DNA of 30,636 bases from the IMG/VR virus record IMGVR_UViG_3300028585_000055, positions 1 to 30,636 of that record; one strand, 5' to 3'. Below, in pieces: positions 15,534 through 25,295 of this stretch. Origin of the DNA: a virus. Its lineage: Duplodnaviria; Caudoviricetes. Within the stretch, counting starts at the first letter, position 1. Each line of letters opens with the position of its first letter. The position numbers were made by a program, and so were the translations under genes. The notes beneath the pieces were generated by a model. The model had not been told where the DNA came from. It made no database searches and saw nothing but the letters and a program-made list of their open reading frames with translations.

Positions 15534-16460
15534 ATGTCGCAAATCAAACTGCTCGATGCCCAGGCCGCTCTCGGCTTCGTGTTGAGCCAAACCACCTACA
15601 TCGAGCGCCAGGTCAACGAGATCGTCTATGCGGACATCCAGTACGCGGACCTGATCCCGGTCGACAACAGCGCTCCCGAGTGGGTCAAGACCGTCACGTA
15701 CTTCTCCAGTGACAAATTCGGCAAAGCCGACTGGATCAACGGCAACGCCGATGACATCCCACGTGCGGGCAGCGAGCGGTCGAAGCAGGAAACCGGTGTC
15801 TACACCGCTGGTATCGGATACGGCTTCGGCCTGGAAGAGATCAGTCAGGCGCAGATGCTGGGGCTGAACCTGCAGGCTGAAGACGCCGCAGCCGCGCGCC
15901 GCGCCTACGAGGAGATGGTCGACAACGTAGCGCTGCGTGGCGATGCCAAGAAAGGGTTCCAAGGCCTGATCAGCAACTCGGCTGTGACCGCGATCACCGT
16001 TCCTTCGGGTAACTGGGGTTCGGCTACCCCGGCGCAGATGATCGCTGACATCAACGCCGTACTGATGCCGACTTACTCTTCGACGCAGTACACCTCGATC
16101 GCCGACACTCTGCTGCTGCCGTTCGAGAAGCTGCAACAGCTGGCCCAGAGCGTCATGCCGAACACCACCATGACCGTTCTGCAGTTCGTCCAGCAGTCGA
16201 ACATCTACACCCAGACCACCGGGCGTCAGCTGACCATCCGTGGCATCTACGGCCTGTCCACGGCAGGTGGCGGCGGTACTGCGCGGATGGTTGGCTACCG
16301 CCGGGACCCATCGGTGCTCAAGCTGCACATCCCCATGCCGCATCGCTTCCTACCTGTTTACCAGGCTGGCCCGATCCGCTGGGAAGTGCCAGGCATCTTC
16401 CGTCTGGGCGGCCTGGACATTCGTCAACCGAACTCCGTCAAGTATGGGGATGGGATCTGA
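15534..16460 (+). CDS. Major capsid protein (DUF2184 type, HK97 fold)
   Basis: 308 aa, SD AGGAG; FVLSQTTYIE, ARRAYEE.VDNVALRGD...GFQGL; highly biased codons. Confidence 0.88.
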   Translation: MSQIKLLDAQAALGFVLSQTTYIERQVNEIVYADIQYADLIPVDNSAPEWVKTVTYFSSDKFGKADWINGNADDIPRAGSERSKQETGVYTAGIGYGFGLEEISQAQMLGLNLQAEDAAAARRAYEEMVDNVALRGDAKKGFQGLISNSAVTAITVPSGNWGSATPAQMIADINAVLMPTYSSTQYTSIADTLLLPFEKLQQLAQSVMPNTTMTVLQFVQQSNIYTQTTGRQLTIRGIYGLSTAGGGGTARMVGYRRDPSVLKLHIPMPHRFLPVYQAGPIRWEVPGIFRLGGLDIRQPNSVKYGDGI

Positions 16461-16462
16461 TC

Positions 16463-16876
16463 ATGACCAAAGTGACCAACAAGGCTGGCTACCCCCTGTT
16501 GCTGGCCGACGGCACCCCCATGGCGCCGGGCGAGGAAGTGGACGTGAAGGACTGGGCGAAGGTCAAGGAGCATCATGTCACGACTGCCATGCTGCAGTCG
16601 GGCCAGCTCCAGGTCGGCGCCAGCAAGTCCAGCGAATCCGAGGACGAAGTCGGCGAGAAGGCCTCGCTGCTGGCTCAGCTCAGGTCGCTGGGCATCGATG
16701 CCAACGGCAACAGCAAGGTCGAGACCCTGCGCAAAAAGCTGGAGGAGGCCGAGGCAGCCCAGGCAGCCAAGGTCGAGCGTGATGGCCTGATCGAGCAACT
16801 CAACGCCAAGAACATCCAGTTTGAAGCGGGCGAGACCAATGACGAGCTGAAGGCCAGATTGGCACAAGCCGAGTAA
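16463..16876 (+). CDS. Head-associated protein with two HeH-like repeats (gpFI position)
   Basis: Repeats LLAQLRSLGIDANGNSKVETLRKKLEEAE and LIEQLNAKNIQFEAGETNDELKARLAQAE. Confidence 0.6.
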   Translation: MTKVTNKAGYPLLLADGTPMAPGEEVDVKDWAKVKEHHVTTAMLQSGQLQVGASKSSESEDEVGEKASLLAQLRSLGIDANGNSKVETLRKKLEEAEAAQAAKVERDGLIEQLNAKNIQFEAGETNDELKARLAQAE

Positions 16877-16882
16877 CACTCC

Positions 16883-16898
16883 GGGCGGTTCGCCGCCC
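16883..16898 (+). terminator. GC hairpin with UUCG loop after capsid cluster (weak terminator or stabiliser)
   Basis: GGGCGG-TTCG-CCGCCC; poor U-tract. Confidence 0.45.
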
Positions 16899-16917
16899 AC
16901 CTATTCGAGATACCCCG

Positions 16918-17439
16918 ATGCCAGACTCTTACGGAAGCGTTCAAGCCGCTGACGCCTATCACGCCGCGCGCGGCAATACCGCCTGGACCGGCGACGACAT
17001 GGCGAAGCAGGCAGCGCTGATCCGGGCATCGGCTTACATTGATGGCCGGTACCGGAAGCAGTTCCCGTCCGGGCGGTGGGAGTCATTGTTCCCAGGCGCC
17101 AAGACCGAGGGGCGCGGTCAAATCCGCGAGTGGCCGCGCGCCGATGCCGTGGATTACACCGGAGCTGCGCTGCCCACTGATGAGGTACCCATCGAGGTCG
17201 AGTATGCGACCTACGAGGCGGCGTTGCGGGAACTGGCAGCTCCTGGCAGTTTGAGCCCTGACTTCGTCGCGTCTTCGCTGATCAAGAGCGAAAAGGTAGG
17301 CCCACTGGAGACCACCTACGCGGTGCCAGAGGCAAATACAGGCGCAGCTGCCTCGCGGCCGGTGATCACGATCATCGATGAGATAATTGCGCCGGTGCTG
17401 GTGGCGCGCTTTACGATGCCGGCGGTGCTGGTGATATGA
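16918..17439 (+). CDS. Head-tail adaptor (often labelled DnaT-like)
   Basis: SYGSVQAADAYHAARGN..W...K.AALIRAS.YID, EWPR, SEKVGPLETTY. Confidence 0.75.
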   Translation: MPDSYGSVQAADAYHAARGNTAWTGDDMAKQAALIRASAYIDGRYRKQFPSGRWESLFPGAKTEGRGQIREWPRADAVDYTGAALPTDEVPIEVEYATYEAALRELAAPGSLSPDFVASSLIKSEKVGPLETTYAVPEANTGAAASRPVITIIDEIIAPVLVARFTMPAVLVI

Positions 17440-18419
17440 CTGAAGCCGAGATCCTTGCCGCGATCGACGGACTTACACCTGCGCTTCAGAAGGCCTATCT
17501 GGAGCAGGTCAGGGCTGTGGTCGGTTCCGCAGTCATAGCCGAGATCGAGCGAAAGATTGATGAAGGCGATGACGACGGCCTCGTTGCTTTGCTCGGCCTG
17601 GGCTCGCTGGCGGCGTTTCTTGAGCTGCTGCGCGCAGCCTACATCAAGGGTGGAAACACCCCCAAGGAGCGACCCCCGGGCGGAAAGCCGGTGCAGTTCG
17701 ACCAGCATCAACCGGAAGCACAGGAATGGCTTAACAGCAATGCCTCCCGCGCTGCTGAAGCCCTTCGCGAAGACAGCGCCCAGGCAGTCAGAGCCGCGGC
17801 CGCAGCTGGCCGTACGGCTTCGCAATCGGCATACCAGACGGCGCTTGATATCGTCGGCCGAACCAACAAGCAGACGGGGCAGCGCACCGGTGGTGTCATC
17901 GGGCTGCCCGCGAGCGATGCGCTCACCGTGCTCAAGGCTCGGGAGCAACTGCAGAGCGGTGAAGTCGAGCAAATGCGGCAGTACCTGCGCCGGGTCGACC
18001 GTGAAAAGCGGATGGATGCGATCGTTACGCGCGCAATCGAAGACCAGAAGCCCGTCGCGAAGGCTGATGCCCAGCGCATCGCCACTGCCTATGCGGACAA
18101 GAAACTGCAAGCGCACGCTCGGCTGGTCGCCAGAAAGAATGCCCTCGAAGCCTATAACGCAGGCTTCAACCGCTTCTATCAACAGATGATGGGCCAGGCA
18201 CGCCGACCGGCTGTGGTCGAAAAGCTCTGGCGGAACAAGGGCGACCTCAAGGTCCGGCACGCACACTCGATTCTTGGCGGCAAAAAGGTCTCCCTCTCGC
18301 AGCCGTTCCAGTCGCCGACCGGCGCTCTGCTGATGTACCCGGGCGATTCCACTCTCGGCGCCGAGTGGGCTGACCTGGCCCGATGCCGCTGTACAGTCAG
18401 CTACAGGGTGACATGGTGA
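17436..18419 (+). CDS. MuF/SPP1 gp7-like head morphogenesis protein (short form)
   Basis: KLW...GDLKVRHAH, PF....G..LMYPGD, C-terminal RCRCTV. Confidence 0.75.
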   Translation: MTEAEILAAIDGLTPALQKAYLEQVRAVVGSAVIAEIERKIDEGDDDGLVALLGLGSLAAFLELLRAAYIKGGNTPKERPPGGKPVQFDQHQPEAQEWLNSNASRAAEALREDSAQAVRAAAAAGRTASQSAYQTALDIVGRTNKQTGQRTGGVIGLPASDALTVLKAREQLQSGEVEQMRQYLRRVDREKRMDAIVTRAIEDQKPVAKADAQRIATAYADKKLQAHARLVARKNALEAYNAGFNRFYQQMMGQARRPAVVEKLWRNKGDLKVRHAHSILGGKKVSLSQPFQSPTGALLMYPGDSTLGAEWADLARCRCTVSYRVTW

Positions 18420-18808
18420 TGGCAGATATTTACGATCGGGCAAAAGCCACGGCGATGCGCATGCTTTCACCTCGAAGTCGAGGAGGGAAGGGGCTGGAAA
18501 CGGTTCTGCGCAAGGTTGGCCCCGCCGAATACGATCCTTCAACCGGGGTAGCGACTCCGGTCGTAGACGAGTACACCGGCTCCGCGTTCCGTGATGCCTA
18601 TGAGCTCAGGAACATCGACGGGACGCTGATCAGGCGCGGCGATGTGAAGCTGCTGATGTCACCGGCGCAGCTCTCCGGCGGCGATATGCCGGCCCCCTCC
18701 GAGAACGACCAGGTCATTTTCGACGGCACAACCTATACGGTCGTCGCCTGTGAACCATGGAATTACGCAGGCCTGACGGTCGGCTTTGAGATCCAGGCGA
18801 GGGCGTGA
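18419..18808 (+). CDS. Head closure/neck protein
   Basis: YDPSTG, IDGTLIRRGDVKL motifs; neck position. Confidence 0.7.
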   Translation: MADIYDRAKATAMRMLSPRSRGGKGLETVLRKVGPAEYDPSTGVATPVVDEYTGSAFRDAYELRNIDGTLIRRGDVKLLMSPAQLSGGDMPAPSENDQVIFDGTTYTVVACEPWNYAGLTVGFEIQARA

Positions 18809-19239
18809 TGGCAGGAACATCCAAATATGCCGGCGCTCAGGGCTCATTCGCCCAGCAGCTGCAGATCTTCAGGACGGATGCACTCGAGGCTATCGACCAG
18901 ACCTACCGCGATGTCGTGATCCAGGTGGGCGAGACGCTTATCAACCTCAGCCCCGTCGATACCGGGCGATTTAAGGGGAATTGGCAGTTCACCATTGGCC
19001 AGCCGTCGACTCACAGCCTGGACAACTACGACAAGACCGGGGAAGAGCGGATTGCGGCGCTTACCGCGCAGATGGGTGCGCTTGAATATGGCCAGGTCGT
19101 GTGGCTGGTGAACAATCTGGTATACGCCATCCCTCTCGAGTATGGCCACAGCCAGAAGGCCCCTGAAGGTATGGTTCGAATCACGTTGACCCGCTTCCAG
19201 CAGATTGTCGACGACGTCATAAGGGCGAACCAGGTATGA
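18808..19239 (+). CDS. HK97 gp10-like tail completion protein
   Basis: SPVDTGRFKGNW, NNLVYAIPLEYGHSQKAPEGMVR. Confidence 0.85.
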   Translation: MAGTSKYAGAQGSFAQQLQIFRTDALEAIDQTYRDVVIQVGETLINLSPVDTGRFKGNWQFTIGQPSTHSLDNYDKTGEERIAALTAQMGALEYGQVVWLVNNLVYAIPLEYGHSQKAPEGMVRITLTRFQQIVDDVIRANQV

Positions 19240-19652
19240 GCCACAAGATTTGCCGCTCGCTGTTTCAGGCCCGCCTGGCCGCCTGGGCTGCCGCTCGCAC
19301 CCCTGCGCTGCGCGTGGCATACGAGAACGTGGAATTCAGCCCGAACCCGGACGAGCTGTACCTGAAGGCATACAACCTGGCCGCAGGCACCGACAGCGAG
19401 ACGCTTACCGCAGACCACAAGCGGTATACCGGCCTGTTCCAGGTGACCATCGTGGGCTCGTCTGCCAAAGGTAGCGGGGCAGTCGAAGGCGTAGTGGACG
19501 AACTTGCCGCGCTGTTCCCGCTGTATCTGCGCATGACCGGCAATGGCCTGACAGCCCTGGTGCTGACGCCAGTCGATCAAGGCCCAGGCATACCGAACGA
19601 CAACACCTATTCCGTCGCCGCGAGCTTCCAATACCGCGCCGACACGAATTGA
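19236..19652 (+). CDS. Tail terminator (DUF4128 type)
   Basis: VAYENVEF.P, YTGLFQVTI..G.G; position before the tail tube gene. Confidence 0.75.
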   Translation: MSHKICRSLFQARLAAWAAARTPALRVAYENVEFSPNPDELYLKAYNLAAGTDSETLTADHKRYTGLFQVTIVGSSAKGSGAVEGVVDELAALFPLYLRMTGNGLTALVLTPVDQGPGIPNDNTYSVAASFQYRADTN

Positions 19653-19661
19653 GGACTTGAG

Positions 19662-20054
19662 ATGCAAAGCCATAACTATGTGCCTGGCGTATCAGGCTGG
19701 AAGCTTCATCACGATGGGCATATCGAGCTAAACGACAGCCCTCAAGGTTCGGTCCGAATAGGCAGCCGCAGTTCGCTCGACCAGGAGCAGCCGTTCGTTG
19801 TTGAGGACCGCCAACTCAAGCTAAGCCGGGCACAGATTGATGATGCCGTGGCTGAGTGCGCCAAGTTCGTTGATGTCAGCCGATTCCAAATCAAGTTGAG
19901 TCTCAGCCAGAGCGGTGATGCCTATGTCACAGGGGTGGGCATAGATCCGAATTCCGTTGCTAGCGAGCGTGCCGAAGAGCTCGATCACCGCATTCGAGCA
20001 GTCTTGGAAGCTGAACTGAGACCTGGCGGCATTCTCCGCCGCGCCCTCAAATAA
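19662..20054 (+). CDS. Small protein with J/DUF1983-like motifs
   Basis: SD GAGGA; QSHNYVPGVSGWKL..DG.IELN, QPFVVED.Q, IKL...G.AYVTGVGI, ELRPGGIL. Confidence 0.6.
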   Translation: MQSHNYVPGVSGWKLHHDGHIELNDSPQGSVRIGSRSSLDQEQPFVVEDRQLKLSRAQIDDAVAECAKFVDVSRFQIKLSLSQSGDAYVTGVGIDPNSVASERAEELDHRIRAVLEAELRPGGILRRALK

Positions 20055-20074
20055 CGCCCGTTGGGCAACCCACC

Positions 20075-20100
20075 ACCCGCTCCGGCGGGTTTTTTCGTTT
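20075..20100 (+). terminator. Intrinsic terminator upstream of tail tube gene
   Basis: ACCCGC-TCCG-GCGGGT followed by TTTTTCGTTT. Confidence 0.8.
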
Positions 20101-20114
20101 AGAGGACCATCCAA

Positions 20115-20765
20115 ATGGCGTTCACTCTGCCCAACGGCTCTACCTTCGACTTCGCTGCATCCGCAGGTACTGCTGTCGCGATCACCGCGATCACCAACGC
20201 AAACCCTGCCGTGGCCACCGCCGCGGGCCATGACCTGGCCGACGGCGACGTGATCGTTGTCACCTCCGGCTGGTCGAAGCTGACCGGGCGCACCGTGCGT
20301 GTCACCGACGTGACCACCGATTCCTTCGCGCTGGAAGGCATCAACACCACCAACACCCAGCGCTACCCGGCCGGTGCCGGCAAGGGCTCGTTCAGCCAGG
20401 TGCTGACCTGGGTGCAGATTCCCCAGATCACCGAGGTGGCCACCTCCGGCGGCGACCAGCAGTTCCTGACCTTCGGCTTCCTCGAAGACGACGACGACCG
20501 CCAGATCCCGACCACAAAGTCGCCAGCGAGCATGACCCTGACCGTGGCTGATGACCCGTCTCAACCCTATGTGCCCGTGGTCGAAGAAGCCGACGAGGCC
20601 AAGGAAGTGCGAGCCCAGCGCCTGAACCTGCCGAACGGCGACCAGATCCTTTACAACTCCATCCCCTCGATCACCAGCACGCCCACCCTGTCGCGCAACA
20701 ACCTGATGACCCGCGCGATCAGCCTGGCCCTGCAAGGCCGCGTGACCCGCTACAGCGCGGCGTAA
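20115..20765 (+). CDS. Major tail tube protein (Phage_tail_3 type)
   Basis: LPNGSTF, ITAITNANPAVAT, SGGDQQF..F.FLEDDD.RQIPT.KS. Confidence 0.88.
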   Translation: MAFTLPNGSTFDFAASAGTAVAITAITNANPAVATAAGHDLADGDVIVVTSGWSKLTGRTVRVTDVTTDSFALEGINTTNTQRYPAGAGKGSFSQVLTWVQIPQITEVATSGGDQQFLTFGFLEDDDDRQIPTTKSPASMTLTVADDPSQPYVPVVEEADEAKEVRAQRLNLPNGDQILYNSIPSITSTPTLSRNNLMTRAISLALQGRVTRYSAA

Positions 20766-20774
20766 GGACGACCC

Positions 20775-21167
20775 ATGCCAACGTTCAAGATCGCTCAGAA
20801 CCCCACTTTCATGGCGCCGGTGCAGATCCCTCGCATCGGCGGCGACCCGGTGGCGGTTGAGTTCGAGTTCAAGTACATGGACCGCACTGCCTTGGCCGCG
20901 CTGTTCGAGCGCTGGAGTGACGCTCGCAAGGCCCTGCTCGAGCGCGTGCAGAAGGAAGAGCTGAGCCTGCCGGATTCCACCCAGGCAGAGATCGAGCTCC
21001 AGGCGCAGCAGATCGAAGACGTGACGGCCGGCTGGGGCTTCGACGAACCCTTCACCAAGGAAAACGTTACAGCCCTGGTTACCACCTGCGTCGGCGCGCC
21101 CAAGGCTGTGATCGAGGCCTATCAGGACGCCTACCACCCGAACCGCCTGGGAAACTTGAAAGCGTAG
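20775..21167 (+). CDS. Tail assembly chaperone gpG
   Basis: FKIAQNPTF.A.V.IP..GG, GWGFDEPFT.EN; ends RLGNLKA with a slippery site. Confidence 0.85.
   Translation: MPTFKIAQNPTFMAPVQIPRIGGDPVAVEFEFKYMDRTALAALFERWSDARKALLERVQKEELSLPDSTQAEIELQAQQIEDVTAGWGFDEPFTKENVTALVTTCVGAPKAVIEAYQDAYHPNRLGNLKA
21149..21155 (+). other. -1 programmed ribosomal frameshift site G GGA AAC
   Basis: X XXY YYZ heptamer in the gpG frame. The -1 frame is open (GKLESVARAMYEPG...) and continuous with the ORF ending at 21472. Confidence 0.85.
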
Positions 21168-21472
21168 CACGGGCCATGTACGAGCCCGGCCCCGATGAGA
21201 ATCAGCTCGCCGCGTTCGGGCTGACGCCCTCAGACATTCCGGAAACGGTGGTCGAGGTGCTGCCGGACGTGTGGGATTCCTATCGCCTGTTTCGCGCCAT
21301 GTCCACCCAGTGGCGCACGGGCATGGGCGGGGCCACTGGCCTGGACTACGCAGCTTTACCGGTCACCGGTGATCTGCTCGGTATGACTTCCGAGGAAATC
21401 CGGAGCGCTTTCGAGGATGTCCGGGTGATGGAAGGGGAGGCGCTGAGGTGCATGGCGCCGCCAAGCGACTGA
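21149..21472 (+). CDS. gpT part of G-T fusion chaperone (DUF1799 type)
   Basis: F.AMSTQWRTGMGGATGLDY...FEDVRVMEGEAL. Confidence 0.85.
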   Translation, partial: GKLESVARAMYEPGPDENQLAAFGLTPSDIPETVVEVLPDVWDSYRLFRAMSTQWRTGMGGATGLDYAALPVTGDLLGMTSEEIRSAFEDVRVMEGEALRCMAPPSD

Positions 21473-21483
21473 CCGCGGCACTG

Positions 21484-21492
21484 TGCTACCTT
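21484..21492 (+). promoter_or_regulatory. Extended -10 promoter candidate for lipoprotein moron
   Basis: TG-C-TACCTT about 28 nt upstream of ATG 21520. Confidence 0.45.
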
Positions 21493-21519
21493 TTGCGTTT
21501 TCGAAGTTGGAGAAGTGAA

Positions 21520-22119
21520 ATGCGCAAGAGGATTGTGCTCCCGGTATTGGCGATATGCCTCGTATTTGCCGGGTGCGATAAGCAGGCCGCAAGCCCCGCT
21601 CAAGCAGGACTAGAACAAGCTGCGAACGCTATGCGTGCGCTGAAGCCAAAGCAGAACAGCCCGGACATGACGGTAAAATCGTGGTGGGAGGCGAAGGACG
21701 CGCTGATGCAAGTCAATGAGGCTGCGTGCCAGGCATTTTTCAGTATCGCCAATGATGCAGGGAAAGAACTTTCGCAGCTGGCTGCGCCAGACTTCACGAT
21801 TACCCGGGATTGCAGCAGGTCGGAAAAATATCAGCGCACAATCGAGAATGTCCAAATTCAGTCCGATACGCGGGCCATTGTTCTGGCGCGAGTGCGAAAC
21901 ATCACTCCCCCGGACAATGGGGCGTCGACTGATTCTCACGAGCAGAAAATCAAAGACGAAGGATCGGCCTTGCGATACACCCTAGAGCGAGCAGATGCGA
22001 AAAGCGACTGGGTTATATCCACCATTGAAAGCAGGTCGAGCTTCTCTTCTGGCTGGGAATCAACACAGCAAAAGCACGATCCGTATAATCATAGATACGT
22101 AAACGATTACTACCAATAG
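21520..22119 (+). CDS. Lipoprotein moron
   Basis: MRKRIVLPVLAICLVFAG-C signal peptide and lipobox; codon usage more AT-rich than neighbours; own terminator. Confidence 0.8.
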   Translation: MRKRIVLPVLAICLVFAGCDKQAASPAQAGLEQAANAMRALKPKQNSPDMTVKSWWEAKDALMQVNEAACQAFFSIANDAGKELSQLAAPDFTITRDCSRSEKYQRTIENVQIQSDTRAIVLARVRNITPPDNGASTDSHEQKIKDEGSALRYTLERADAKSDWVISTIESRSSFSSGWESTQQKHDPYNHRYVNDYYQ

Positions 22120-22137
22120 GCGAATGCCTGCTTAATG

Positions 22138-22161
22138 AACCGCCCTCTGTGGCGGTTTTTT
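22138..22161 (+). terminator. Intrinsic terminator of moron
   Basis: AACCGCC-CTCTGT-GGCGGTT followed by TTTT. Confidence 0.85.
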
Positions 22162-22179
22162 ATTGCCCGGAGAAAAAGC

Positions 22180-25017
22180 ATGACCTCTATCGCCGAGCTT
22201 GGCATACGCGTCGATTCCACGCAGGCAGCACAAGCCGCGACCGACCTCGATAGGCTGACCCAGGCAGGCGTCAAGGCAGAGAAGTCTGCTGGCGGACTGG
22301 CAACGCAGGCGGATAAAGCGGAAGACGCGTTAAAGGATATGGGCCGGGAGGCTCAAGCAGCTGAAAAAGCTACGGCTGGACTTGCCAGTCAAACGGAAAA
22401 AGCAGGAATTTCCGCCAAGCAGACAGCGGCGGCCCTACGAGGCGTGCCGGCGCAATTCACCGACATCGTGACAAGCCTTCAAGGCGGCCAGGCACCTCTT
22501 ACAGTTCTTTTGCAGCAAGGTGGCCAGCTCAAAGATATGTTCGGCGGAATCGGTCCCGCTGCACGCGCACTGGGCGGTTATATCGGCGGCTTAGTAAATC
22601 CCGTTACGGGGGCCGCTGCCGCGCTGGCAACTCTCGGGATTGCCTACAATCAGGGTAGCAAAGAGCAGGACGCGTTCCGGCTCGCCCTAGTGACCACTGG
22701 CAATGCTGCAGGCGCCACCTCTGCCGGGCTGGCAGACATGGCTCAGCAGGTTAGCGCAACGGTTGGCACTACTGGTGCTGCCGCGGCAGTCCTGGCGCAG
22801 TTGGCTAACAGCGGGAAAATCGCCAGTGGCAGCTTCCAAGAGATCACTACAGCCGCGCTTGCCTTTGAGCGGGCAACCGGCCGCGCGGCGAGCGAAACAG
22901 TGGATGAGTTCGCAAAGCTTGCCGGCAATCCCGTTAAAACGCTGGGTGAGCTCAACGAGAAATACCACTTCTTGACCGCATCGGTTTACCAGCAGGTCAA
23001 AGCGCTGCAAGACCAGGGCGATAGCATAGGGGCACAGACGCTAGCGGAACAGGCTTATGCCCAGGCGCTCACGGAACGCGCGGCGGACATTGAAAGCCAT
23101 CTTGGATACGTACAGCGTGGCTGGAACGAGGTTAGGGACGCGGCAAAGGGCGCTTGGGACGCCATCCTAGATGTCGGCCGGGAAGATACCTTCACCCAGA
23201 AAATGACGAAGCTACAGGATCGCCTAGGAAAGCTGACATATAGTGGTCCCGCTATTGACGACAACCCCAACCTTGCTCAGCTAGCCAGCGATTCCCGCGG
23301 TGATCCATGGAGAGACGCACTGCAAGCTGAGGTGGACGCACAGGGCAAAGCGCGCGCAGAGATGTTCAAGGCCTTGAACGTTGAGAAAGGAACCAAGGCC
23401 TATGAGGAGCTTGGTAAGATCATCGACGACGGGGCCAGCAAGGCGGACAAGCTGAGCAAGGCCCTCGAGCACAACCAGCAGATTATCGCCAAGGCCCGCA
23501 GCGCTGGTTACACCGTCACTACTGCTCAGGAAGCCGCCTTGGATAAGGCGGTCCGTGATCGCTACAAGACGGCGCCAACCGGCGGCAACCAAGTCGACAT
23601 GACCGCTTTCAATAATCAGCAGAACGCCCTAAAAGCGCTTGTCAGTGATTATGCCAACGCAGAGAGAGAACTTGACGCGCAGCGAAAGCGGGGGGTCCTA
23701 TCTCAGGAGACCTATTACACCCAGCGCGTAACATTGCTGGGAGCTGAAAAAGAGCAGGTCAATGATGCCTACGACGCCGAGATAAAGGCACTCGAAAACG
23801 TCAGGGACAAAAGCAGTACGGCCGCAGCGCAGCGCATACAGATCGATCAGAAAATTGATGATGTAAGGGCGGAGCAGATCAAATCGGCGAAGTCGTACGA
23901 CTCGCAAATGAGCGTTCTGGCAGAAAACGAAAAGGCTAGGACGGAGCAGCAAACTGCCGCTGTTGCGGCCTACACCAATCAGCTGGAGCGCGAGCGCAAG
24001 GCGCTTGAGACAGCAGGCAACAGGGCAGTGTCATCGTTGGGCTTAGGTGATCGCCAAGCCGCTCTGCAGAGTCAGCTGGATGGCATAACCGACCGCTTCA
24101 ATAGCAAGCGTGATGACCTGCTGGATAGGCGCATGACCGCGCCGGACAAGTACAGTCAGGACGATTACCTGCGCGACCTGGCGATCTTGGAGTCTGCCGA
24201 GGGCAAGTACCGCGACACGGCTATCGACAACTACAGCAAGATGACGGACGCCCAGAGCAATTGGATGTCCGGCGCCACCTCAGCTTGGGCGAACTACCAA
24301 GAGAACGCCCAGAATGCCGCCGGACAGATGAAAGCCGCGTTCACTAACCTGTTCGACGGGCTCACGGACTCGGTAGTGGACTGGGCATTCGATTCGGATG
24401 AGTCGTTTGGCGATGTGCTGGTCAGCTTCGCCAAGATGATCGCCAAGATGGAGCTACAGGCTGCTGCATCGAGCGTGTTCTCCGGAGTATCGGGGGCTAG
24501 CGGTTTCGGCGGGCTTATCTCCGGTCTGTTCAGTGGGGGCGCTTCAGCCGGCACGGCTACCGCCGCCACGTCCTCGGGCTTCGACTTTGGCCTGGGCAGC
24601 GCTTCGTCTGGCCTGACCTACCTTCCAGGGCACTCTGCAGGTGGCTACACCGGGGATGGCGGCAAGTTCGAGCCCATGGGCATCGTGCACGGCGGCGAGT
24701 TCGTCCTGCGCAAGGAAGTGGTCAGCCAGCCCGGCATGCGCGATTACCTCGAGGGCCTGAATGCCAAGGGCTACGCCGACGGTGGCTATGTCGGGGGCAT
24801 GGCGTCGCGCCTTGCCGGTTCGGCCGGCTCCGGCGCTCCACAGGTGAACATCACCATCAATCGCGACGGTACTTCCTCTGTTGAGTCTGATAGCGCACTG
24901 GGTCGCGAAGCAGGTCCGGCTGTAGTGAAGCTTATTCAAAGTATGATTAAGCAGCACGAGGCCAAAAGCGCTTCATATGGCGGGGCCTTATTCCGAGCGA
25001 ACCAAGGGAAGCTGTGA
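22180..25017 (+). CDS. Tail tape measure protein (lambda H-like), 945 aa
   Basis: [61 protein letters not shown]. Confidence 0.93.
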   Translation: MTSIAELGIRVDSTQAAQAATDLDRLTQAGVKAEKSAGGLATQADKAEDALKDMGREAQAAEKATAGLASQTEKAGISAKQTAAALRGVPAQFTDIVTSLQGGQAPLTVLLQQGGQLKDMFGGIGPAARALGGYIGGLVNPVTGAAAALATLGIAYNQGSKEQDAFRLALVTTGNAAGATSAGLADMAQQVSATVGTTGAAAAVLAQLANSGKIASGSFQEITTAALAFERATGRAASETVDEFAKLAGNPVKTLGELNEKYHFLTASVYQQVKALQDQGDSIGAQTLAEQAYAQALTERAADIESHLGYVQRGWNEVRDAAKGAWDAILDVGREDTFTQKMTKLQDRLGKLTYSGPAIDDNPNLAQLASDSRGDPWRDALQAEVDAQGKARAEMFKALNVEKGTKAYEELGKIIDDGASKADKLSKALEHNQQIIAKARSAGYTVTTAQEAALDKAVRDRYKTAPTGGNQVDMTAFNNQQNALKALVSDYANAERELDAQRKRGVLSQETYYTQRVTLLGAEKEQVNDAYDAEIKALENVRDKSSTAAAQRIQIDQKIDDVRAEQIKSAKSYDSQMSVLAENEKARTEQQTAAVAAYTNQLERERKALETAGNRAVSSLGLGDRQAALQSQLDGITDRFNSKRDDLLDRRMTAPDKYSQDDYLRDLAILESAEGKYRDTAIDNYSKMTDAQSNWMSGATSAWANYQENAQNAAGQMKAAFTNLFDGLTDSVVDWAFDSDESFGDVLVSFAKMIAKMELQAAASSVFSGVSGASGFGGLISGLFSGGASAGTATAATSSGFDFGLGSASSGLTYLPGHSAGGYTGDGGKFEPMGIVHGGEFVLRKEVVSQPGMRDYLEGLNAKGYADGGYVGGMASRLAGSAGSGAPQVNITINRDGTSSVESDSALGREAGPAVVKLIQSMIKQHEAKSASYGGALFRANQGKL

Positions 25018-25295
25018 TGATAGAAAAAGATGTCGATGCGCTGATGGGGCCTATCAGTGACGTGCTGATCAAGCATTTCATGAGCGAAACTCAGATCAAG
25101 GACCCGCAAAAAATAAGGGAGGCCTCGCATCAATTTGCGCTGGCCTACACGCGTGTTCGCCTGGCTTTAAGCGCTGAGCGTTTTGACGAAGAGTTCTTGA
25201 GGTACGCTGCTCACATGGAAAGTGGGATCGTTGAAACGATGAGCAAATGGGCGAGCGATTACATCCGAGAGAACCTAATTAAACAGGTGAAATAA
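25014..25295 (+). CDS. Hypothetical helical protein inserted between tape measure and gpM
   Basis: 93 aa, overlaps both neighbours (GTGA, TAATG); AT-richer codons. Confidence 0.6.
   Translation: MMIEKDVDALMGPISDVLIKHFMSETQIKDPQKIREASHQFALAYTRVRLALSAERFDEEFLRYAAHMESGIVETMSKWASDYIRENLIKQVK

Noticed and set aside
19821-21170. Long minus-strand ORFs (449 aa here; also 14106-15143, 17316-18542, 29014-30084, 846-1730)
   Set aside because: Antisense shadows of well-supported + strand genes caused by GC-rich codon bias; no recognisable motifs.
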